From NCBI GenBank assembly GCA_041640655.1, contig JBEPZV010000005.1, positions 46,499 through 110,498 on the forward strand: 64,000 nucleotides of DNA. Reading direction: 5' to 3'. The stretch is from a bacterium (lineage in GTDB: Bacteria; Acidobacteriota; Blastocatellia; HR10). The notes under the pieces were generated by a model. The model had not been told where the DNA came from, made no database searches, and saw only the letters and a program-made list of their open reading frames with translations. Positions 57,060 through 64,000 of this stretch are shown piece by piece (the stretch's first letter is position 1; each line of letters opens with the position of its first letter). The position numbers were made by a program, and so were the translations under genes.

Positions 57060-58440
57060 GCAGCACCTCCAGATCCGCTTCCGATGTCGCTTCCGCATAG
57101 CACCGAACCAGCGGTTCAGTGCCCGAGAGTCGCAGGAGCACCCACGAGTCATCGTCGAAGAGGAGCTTCAGCCCATCCATGCGATTCACCTCGCGAATTC
57201 GGCGTCCGAAGAAATCCGCGGGCGGGTCCGCCTGAAGCTTCTCGTGAAGGCGCGCGCGCGCCTCTTCGCTCAGCGCGATACCGATGCGCCCGCTCCAAAG
57301 CCGTCCGTCTCGGGCGTAGAGCTGATCCAGTTGTTCGCCCACACTCGCGCCCGTGCGCGCGACGGCTTCGACGGCAAGCAGGGCGGCCAGAATCCCATCC
57401 TTCTCCGGATAGTGCCCGTGGATGGAGAGGCCCGCGCTCTCCTCTCCGCCGAGGATGATCTTCCCCGCCTTGAGCAGTTCGCCGATGTACTTGAAACCCA
57501 CCGGCGTTTCATACACCGGTCGGCCGCGATGTCGCGCCGCGCGGTCCACCTGGTGCGATGTCGCGACGCTGCGCGCCACGCCGCCCGCCCACGGGCGCGT
57601 GTCGCACAGATAGTCGAACAGCAGTGCCAACACCTGATTCGGCGTCACGAATGCCCCTCCACGGTCCACGATGCCGAATCGGTCGGCATCCCCATCGGTG
57701 GCCACGCCGAGATCGAACCCACCGGAGGCGACGGTCTCGCTGAGCGCGCGCAAGCGCTCGGCCGAGGGCTCCGGGGCTCCCCCACCAAAGAGCACATCGC
57801 GGTGCGCATGAAGCACATGAACCTCGCATCCCGCCTCCCGCAGAGCGCGATCCAGATACCCCCGCGCTGTCCCCCACAGCAGATCCACGGCCACGCGCAA
57901 TCGAGCTCGCGCGATCGCCGAGACGTCAATTTTCGTCGCCAGATCGCGCAGGTAGCCGTCGCGTGGGTCCAGCGCGAGGATGCGCCCCGAGGCGCCAGGT
58001 CGTGGGGATCGTCCCCCTTCGCCGCGACGTATTCGCTCGATCTCCTGCTCGATCTCTCGCGTGACTTCGGGCAGCGCGGGCGCGCCATCCTCGGTCGAGA
58101 ACTTGATCCCCTGATATTCCGGAGGATTGTGACTGGCCGTGATGTTCATCCCACCCTGTGCGCGTTCGGCCACGATGGCGTAGGCCAGGACCGGTGTCGG
58201 CACAGGTTCGGTGCAGAGCAGAATGTCTACGCCCTCCTCGGCCAGAATCCGCGCGCTCTCGCGCGCGAACGTCTCGGCGAGGAATCGCGTATCGTAGCCG
58301 ACAATGAGCCTCGGTCTCTCCGCACGGCGCCTCACGAATCGCGCGATGGCGCGCGCGACCACGCGCACGTTCTCGAACGTGAAGTCCTCGGCCAAGACCG
58401 CTCGCCATCCCGACGTGCCGAATTGAAGAGAACTGCTCAT
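57028..58440 (-). CDS. Phosphoglucomutase/phosphomannomutase family protein
   Basis: FGT.GWR, TASHNP, DGDADR, VGFK, GGEES, KDG, R.SGTEP. Confidence 0.95.
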   Translation of the reverse strand: MSSSLQFGTSGWRAVLAEDFTFENVRVVARAIARFVRRRAERPRLIVGYDTRFLAETFARESARILAEEGVDILLCTEPVPTPVLAYAIVAERAQGGMNITASHNPPEYQGIKFSTEDGAPALPEVTREIEQEIERIRRGEGGRSPRPGASGRILALDPRDGYLRDLATKIDVSAIARARLRVAVDLLWGTARGYLDRALREAGCEVHVLHAHRDVLFGGGAPEPSAERLRALSETVASGGFDLGVATDGDADRFGIVDRGGAFVTPNQVLALLFDYLCDTRPWAGGVARSVATSHQVDRAARHRGRPVYETPVGFKYIGELLKAGKIILGGEESAGLSIHGHYPEKDGILAALLAVEAVARTGASVGEQLDQLYARDGRLWSGRIGIALSEEARARLHEKLQADPPADFFGRRIREVNRMDGLKLLFDDDSWVLLRLSGTEPLVRCYAEATSEADLEVLLEQGRRFALQ

Positions 58441-59297
58441 CGCTTCCACATCGGAATCGTGTAACTCATCCCGAAGACGACCCCGCTTCGGGGATCAATG
58501 GCGTTGACGCCGCGCACTCCGGCCAGGTCCCACCACAATCGTCCCGTGCGGAACCGAAGGCCGAAGCGCACCTGCCCCCGCGATTCCGTTCCCAGTGGCG
58601 CCACGCGACGGGTGTTCGCCCATCCGCTCATTTCGGCGACAAGATGCACGTGCTCGCTCATCTCGTAGACACCTGCTACCCCATAGAGCAGCACATCGTT
58701 CTGCACGAAGGGTTCGATCGGAGCGGGCAGGATCCCCAACCCCACGTGACCGAAGAGATCAAGCGCCCCCCATCGTCTCTCGGCGAGCACCGACGCGAAG
58801 ACGTTCGTTTGATTCGTCCCGATTCCCCGCGCTTGGTCGGAGTTCGGCAGCTCGACGCCGAACCGCACGCCAAGAGCTGGCCATCGTCGCTGGGCCGCGC
58901 GCACTCGGATCTTCGTCCAGAGGCTGAAATCGCCGACATCATGCGTGCTCTCAGGCGTCGGCAAGCGAAGCGGGATCGCTCCCCCCTGCCGCTCATCAAT
59001 GCTCAAGTAGTTCTGCAGCGTCCCGCGAACCTGAACCTCGACGCGAGGGGCCACGCCGATCGAGAGACCGATCACTCCCACGCGCGAGAGATCCCCGCGC
59101 AGGCCCGAGAGAGGGAACCGCTGCCGCTGCAGGAACTCGAATCCGACGTCGAGTCGCATCTCTCCCTCAGGCACGGTCGCGACGCGCTCGGTCACAAGCG
59201 GGCGTTGCTGAGCTAAGGCCGGAAGGATCACGCCGAGGCATAACACGCCGCTCACCCCCATTCGTCGCCATCTCCCTCGCACGCTCATACCCCGCAT
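58437..59297 (-). CDS. Putative outer-membrane beta-barrel/transporter
   Basis: Signal peptide (ALA), QRPL.T, amphipathic beta-strands; start uncertain. Confidence 0.6.
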   Translation of the reverse strand: MRGMSVRGRWRRMGVSGVLCLGVILPALAQQRPLVTERVATVPEGEMRLDVGFEFLQRQRFPLSGLRGDLSRVGVIGLSIGVAPRVEVQVRGTLQNYLSIDERQGGAIPLRLPTPESTHDVGDFSLWTKIRVRAAQRRWPALGVRFGVELPNSDQARGIGTNQTNVFASVLAERRWGALDLFGHVGLGILPAPIEPFVQNDVLLYGVAGVYEMSEHVHLVAEMSGWANTRRVAPLGTESRGQVRFGLRFRTGRLWWDLAGVRGVNAIDPRSGVVFGMSYTIPMWKR

Positions 59298-59448
59298 CCA
59301 CTTCCTGCCCGCTCGATCGTGCACCTGAGCTCGGCGAAAGCCGGGGTCAGCATTCTAAGGCGCAGACGCCTCTTCCGTCAACCGATGTCCCGTGAGCGAC
59401 GCGCGTGATCCCGTGAGGGCACTCCCAATCCCACCCCTTGTGAGCGCC

Positions 59449-60270
59449 TCAGCGGATGAGCGTTCCCATCCGCCGCCAGCGCGTATGGCGCAAGATCCTC
59501 AGCGCGAGATTCTCTCCACTGGCAGCGGCCGCTCGCTCATCATAAGACCAATAGACCACCAGCGCGCGTCCGATTATGTAATCGCGCGGCACCGTCCCCC
59601 AGAACCGGCTGTCCTCGCTATCATCGCGATTGTCGCCCATGACGAAATAAGCGCGCTCCGGAATGTGGAGCGGACGTCCAATCGCATAGCGACCGCCCGA
59701 TGGGACATCCGCATCCCCGCGATCCAGGTGGTACGATTCCCAGTACACACGATACCGCGCGTCGTCCGGCGACGGTTCCTCTCGGACGATGCGCAGGGCA
59801 GAGTCCTCGGCATCGAACCCCGGATGTTGAACATACAGACGATGTTCCGGAAGCTCGCGCCCATTGATGAAGACGCGCGTCCCCCGAACCTCGACGGTCT
59901 CGTCGGGCAGGCCGATGACGCGCTTCACATAGTTGACCTCAGGATTCTGCGGGTACTTGAAGACGACCACGTCGCCACGTCGGACGCTCCGATAGGGGAA
60001 GAGCCGCCAGAAGAATCCCTCCCGCGTCTCGGCGAAGATGAATTTATTCACCAGGAGATGGTCGCCGATGAGAATGTTATTTTGCATCGAACCGGTGGGC
60101 ACCTTCACGGCCTGAACGACGAAGGTCATACCGAACAGCGCCATGATGACGGTGACCACCGCTGATTCGAAGTACTCGCGCAGGACGGATTTCGGCGCGC
60201 GCGCGGTCGTCGGCGGGGTGACCACGACGGGCGAGATCTCTGTCGGATGCTCCATCGAGGGCTCCGTCAT
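59449..60270 (-). CDS. lepB: Signal peptidase I
   Basis: VPTGSM, GD.L.V.K, RGDVVVF, YVKRVIGLP, MGDNRD.S.DSRFWG. Confidence 0.96.
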   Translation of the reverse strand: MTEPSMEHPTEISPVVVTPPTTARAPKSVLREYFESAVVTVIMALFGMTFVVQAVKVPTGSMQNNILIGDHLLVNKFIFAETREGFFWRLFPYRSVRRGDVVVFKYPQNPEVNYVKRVIGLPDETVEVRGTRVFINGRELPEHRLYVQHPGFDAEDSALRIVREEPSPDDARYRVYWESYHLDRGDADVPSGGRYAIGRPLHIPERAYFVMGDNRDDSEDSRFWGTVPRDYIIGRALVVYWSYDERAAAASGENLALRILRHTRWRRMGTLIR

Positions 60271-61010
60271 AGATGCTCGCGGCTCTTTGGGGAATTCGTG
60301 GGCGCGAGCTGATCCAATTGCGCCAGAGCCGCGCGAGCCGCCTGCTGCTGCGCGGCTTTGATCGTCGGTCCCTCACCGGTGGCGACCACCTTCTCCCCGA
60401 TCCGAAGGCTCACCTGAAAGCGTCGGGCGTGCGCCGGCCCTTCGATCGCCGTCACCTCATAGACGGGGAGCGGAAGACCGCGCGCTTGCAACTGCTCTTG
60501 CAAGGTCGTCTTGTAGTCGCTCCACTGAAGGCTCTCGGGGTCCAGACGTCGGACGACGTCCTGAAACTGTCGGCGCACGAAGGCCTCCGCCGCTTCGATC
60601 CCCCCGTCCAGATAGAGTGCGGCGATCACGGCTTCGTACGCATCCACAAGGAGGGTGCGCTTGGTTCGTCCTCCGGTCTTCTCCTCCCCTCGGTTCAAGC
60701 GCAGGTAATCACCAAGTCGCAGGTTCTGCGCGTGAACCTGGAGATTGTCCGCGCTCACCAAAAAGGCCTTCATCTTCGCCAACTTCCCTTCCGGCAACGT
60801 CGGGAACAGCTCAAAGAGCCATGCGCTCACGATGAATCCGAGGACGGCATCGCCCAGGAACTCCAAGGCCTCGTTATCCGCCTGTCCCAGCGCTCCCACC
60901 TCATGCGCGTAGGAGCGATGCGTGAGCGCCCGATCCAACAGCTCCCGACGCCGAAAGGTGTAGCCGATCTTGCCTTCCAGTTCGCTCAGGTCTCGCGCCT
61001 CCGTCGGCAT
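60267..61010 (-). CDS. rnc: Ribonuclease III
   Basis: ALTH.S, NE.LEFLGDAVL, D..EA.I.A.YLD, dsRBD DYKT.LQE. Confidence 0.96.
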   Translation of the reverse strand: MPTEARDLSELEGKIGYTFRRRELLDRALTHRSYAHEVGALGQADNEALEFLGDAVLGFIVSAWLFELFPTLPEGKLAKMKAFLVSADNLQVHAQNLRLGDYLRLNRGEEKTGGRTKRTLLVDAYEAVIAALYLDGGIEAAEAFVRRQFQDVVRRLDPESLQWSDYKTTLQEQLQARGLPLPVYEVTAIEGPAHARRFQVSLRIGEKVVATGEGPTIKAAQQQAARAALAQLDQLAPTNSPKSREHL

Positions 61011-61016
61011 GCCCTC

Positions 61017-61958
61017 TCAGGACGAACCCGCCGAAGCTTGCGTCGAGGGTTTGTATTTCTTGATCAGCTCCTCCAGGCCCTCGGTGGTATCGTTGTGGCG
61101 GTAGCGATAGAAGCTCTCCAAGAGCTTGCGCGCTTCCTGATTCAAGGCTTGAAGGCTCGCGTTCGCCTCGGAGATCGCGACCGTGCGCGCGTACATCTCG
61201 ATCATTTGATCCACCACCGCGTCCACCTGTTGCAACAGGGCCTTGCCCGCTTCGGCGACCTTCTCCTCCGGCGTGAGCTTATCGTAGCTCTCCCGCAGCT
61301 TCGCATACGTGCCGAGCTTGAGCGACTCGCCGATCAGGTAGAAGGTCACCGGATCACTCGGGTCCAGCTCCGCCGACTTCTTCAAGTGCTCGATCGCCGG
61401 TTCGTACTCGGCCTTGTTGTAGAGGAACAGGCCCGCCGCTTGGTGCAGGGCGCCTAGGACCTTGCCTTTCTGCTGTTCCCAGAGCTCGGGCGAGAAGCCC
61501 GGCGGCGCGTTCCCAGAAGCCGCCAGCTCCAGCGCTCGCGTGGCATAGGTGAGCCCATCGGCATCAAATCGCGTATCGCGCCCTTTGGAAGCCGCCGAGG
61601 CCGCCAGGGCCAGGACGTAGAGCAGGCCGAAGTTATTGGGATCGGCGCTCAAGACCTCGCGCCCCAGGGCGAAGGCCTTCTCCAAGCGATTGGTCTGCAC
61701 GTAAGCGACCAGGAGCATTGGTTTGGCGCGCGGAGCCAACACGCTGTTCGGATACTTCTCGAAGAAGGTTTCGCCCCTTTGAACGGCTTCCTCGAACTTC
61801 CCGGCCTGGAACGCTTGATACAGGGCGTTATACGCCTCCGCCTCCTCGCGCGTGTACTGGGGCTGTGCCGGCGCTTGAACCCCAAAGGCCGTCCCCCCCA
61901 TCCCGGCGATGAGCACGAGGCCGAGGATTCCTCTCGAAAGGCTCACGACCTTTCTCAT
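61017..61958 (-). CDS. Secreted TPR-like helical repeat protein
   Basis: Signal peptide, TPR-like helices; AGGAGG RBS. Confidence 0.75.
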   Translation of the reverse strand: MRKVVSLSRGILGLVLIAGMGGTAFGVQAPAQPQYTREEAEAYNALYQAFQAGKFEEAVQRGETFFEKYPNSVLAPRAKPMLLVAYVQTNRLEKAFALGREVLSADPNNFGLLYVLALAASAASKGRDTRFDADGLTYATRALELAASGNAPPGFSPELWEQQKGKVLGALHQAAGLFLYNKAEYEPAIEHLKKSAELDPSDPVTFYLIGESLKLGTYAKLRESYDKLTPEEKVAEAGKALLQQVDAVVDQMIEMYARTVAISEANASLQALNQEARKLLESFYRYRHNDTTEGLEELIKKYKPSTQASAGSS

Positions 61959-62125
61959 CCCCCCCTCCTGACTCTATGTCTTCGCCATGACATCCTCCGA
62001 CGGGCAGGTCGGAAAAAGCGCTTCAGGTGACCGGCCTTTTCTGACCCGCGTCTCGCTTTTATTCTACGGCACGTCGGAGACGGGAACAAGGATGGGGCAG
62101 ACCCCGCTTTTTGTCAAGACGCGCG

Positions 62126-62155
62126 TTGACGTTCTTCGCGTATCCTTGATACACT
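62126..62155 (+). promoter_or_regulatory. Putative sigma70 promoter of icd-mdh
   Basis: TTGACG, 18 bp, TACACT. Confidence 0.5.
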
Positions 62156-62202
62156 TACTTGCTTTGAGTCGGTGCGCGATCTTTGCCAGTAAGGAGGCCG
62201 AT

Positions 62203-63447
62203 ATGCTTTCATTCAATAATCTCCCTGTGCCCGCCGAGGGCGAGAAGATCGAGATTCGCGAGGGTCGCCTTCATGTCCCCAACCGTCCGATCATCCCGTT
62301 CATCGAGGGAGATGGGACAGGACGCGATATCTGGCGAGCCGCCTCTCGGGTCTTCGATGCTGCCGTGGAGAAGGCCTATCGCGGAGAGCGGCGGGTCGTC
62401 TGGTATGAAGTCTTCGCGGGCGAGAAGGCCTACAATAAGTTCGGAGAGTGGCTCCCCCGAGATACGGTCGAAGCGATTCGCGAGTTCACCGTCGCCATCA
62501 AGGGGCCGTTGACGACGCCCGTCGGAGGAGGGATCCGCTCGCTCAATGTCACCCTGCGCCAGGTCCTCGATCTCTATGCCTGCGTGCGTCCGGTGCGGTG
62601 GTATCCGGGCGTCCCCTCTCCGGTGAAGCATCCGGAGAAGCTCGACGTCGTCATCTTCCGCGAGAATACTGAGGATGTCTACGCCGGGATCGAGTTCCAG
62701 CAGGGGACGGAACCGGCGCAGAAGACCATCGAGTTCCTGCGCAGTTTGGGATACACGGTTCGCCCCGATAGCGGCATCGGCATCAAGCCGATCTCCATCT
62801 TCGCGACCAAGCGCTTGGTGCGCAAGGCCATCCGATATGCTCTCGACAGTGGTCGCCGGGTCGTCACCCTCGTGCACAAGGGGAACATCATGAAGTTCAC
62901 CGAAGGGGCCTTCCGCGATTGGGGGTATCAACTGGCCAAGGAGGAGTTCGGCGAGGTCACCGTCACGGAGCAGGAGCTGTGGGAGCAGTATGGGGGGAGA
63001 TTGCCCGAGGGGAAGATCCTCATCAACGATCGGATCGCCGATTCGATGTTCCAGCAGGTCCTGACGCGCCCCGATGAATATTCCGTCATCGTGACGCCCA
63101 ATTTGAACGGAGACTATCTGAGTGATGCCTGTGCGGCTCAGGTCGGAGGATTGGGCTTGGCGCCGGGCGCCAATATCGGGGACTACATCGCGCTCTTTGA
63201 GGCGACGCATGGCACGGCGCCCAAATATGCCGATAAGGACGTGATCAATCCGAGCGCCGTCATCCTCGCTGGCGCGATGATGTTCGAGTACATCGGGTGG
63301 CACGAAGTGGCCTCGCTGATCAAAGAGGCGATCGGGCGAACGATCTCACAAAAGGTTGTCACCTATGATCTGGCTCGCCTCATGGAAGGTGCCCGCCAGG
63401 TGAAGACGAGCGAGTTCGCCACGGCGATCATCGAGAACATGGGGTAG
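62203..63447 (+). CDS. icd: NADP-dependent isocitrate dehydrogenase
   Basis: [59 protein letters not shown]. Confidence 0.97.
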   Translation: MLSFNNLPVPAEGEKIEIREGRLHVPNRPIIPFIEGDGTGRDIWRAASRVFDAAVEKAYRGERRVVWYEVFAGEKAYNKFGEWLPRDTVEAIREFTVAIKGPLTTPVGGGIRSLNVTLRQVLDLYACVRPVRWYPGVPSPVKHPEKLDVVIFRENTEDVYAGIEFQQGTEPAQKTIEFLRSLGYTVRPDSGIGIKPISIFATKRLVRKAIRYALDSGRRVVTLVHKGNIMKFTEGAFRDWGYQLAKEEFGEVTVTEQELWEQYGGRLPEGKILINDRIADSMFQQVLTRPDEYSVIVTPNLNGDYLSDACAAQVGGLGLAPGANIGDYIALFEATHGTAPKYADKDVINPSAVILAGAMMFEYIGWHEVASLIKEAIGRTISQKVVTYDLARLMEGARQVKTSEFATAIIENMG

Positions 63448-63522
63448 TGGGGGAGCCCCGTCATGCGGAGGATCCGCCTTCGGATCGAGCGCATGGCCGT
63501 GCGCGGCAGGGCGCTCATGTGA

Positions 63523-64000
<478 letters not shown>

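Overview
High-GC, gene-dense bacterial chromosome segment. Gene content resembles Acidobacteriota/Blastocatellia, but this is an impression and was not tested. Most of it is core genome: uvrC, rnpB, tRNA-Pro(TGG), tRNA-Arg(TCT), rsmA, ribD, radA-PIN/TRAM-ispD-ispF fused to a nucleoside-salvage run (pdp, CNT transporter, PNP, udk, cdd), gdhA, ftsB-like, PGM/PMM, lepB, rnc, icd and a partial mdh. No CRISPR array, integrase, transposase or prophage is visible. The best candidate for an undescribed system is a tightly coupled 13-kb minus-strand operon (17085-30107) between tRNA-Arg and rnpB. It encodes a hybrid kinase, a 1062-aa membrane-anchored HEAT protein, an unannotated 44-aa membrane protein, a GT-C glycosyltransferase, a TPR-beta-barrel, a polyprenyl-phosphate phosphoribosyltransferase and a processive GT2, and looks like a synthase-dependent export system for a pentose-decorated polysaccharide. 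Other oddities: back-to-back sigma54 promoters for hsp20-grpE and an orphan divergent MreB, a PanC homolog with eroded catalytic motifs, and a DUF559 nuclease with a possible PUA/EVE-like N-terminal domain. All product calls come from motif recognition by eye; no database search was run.
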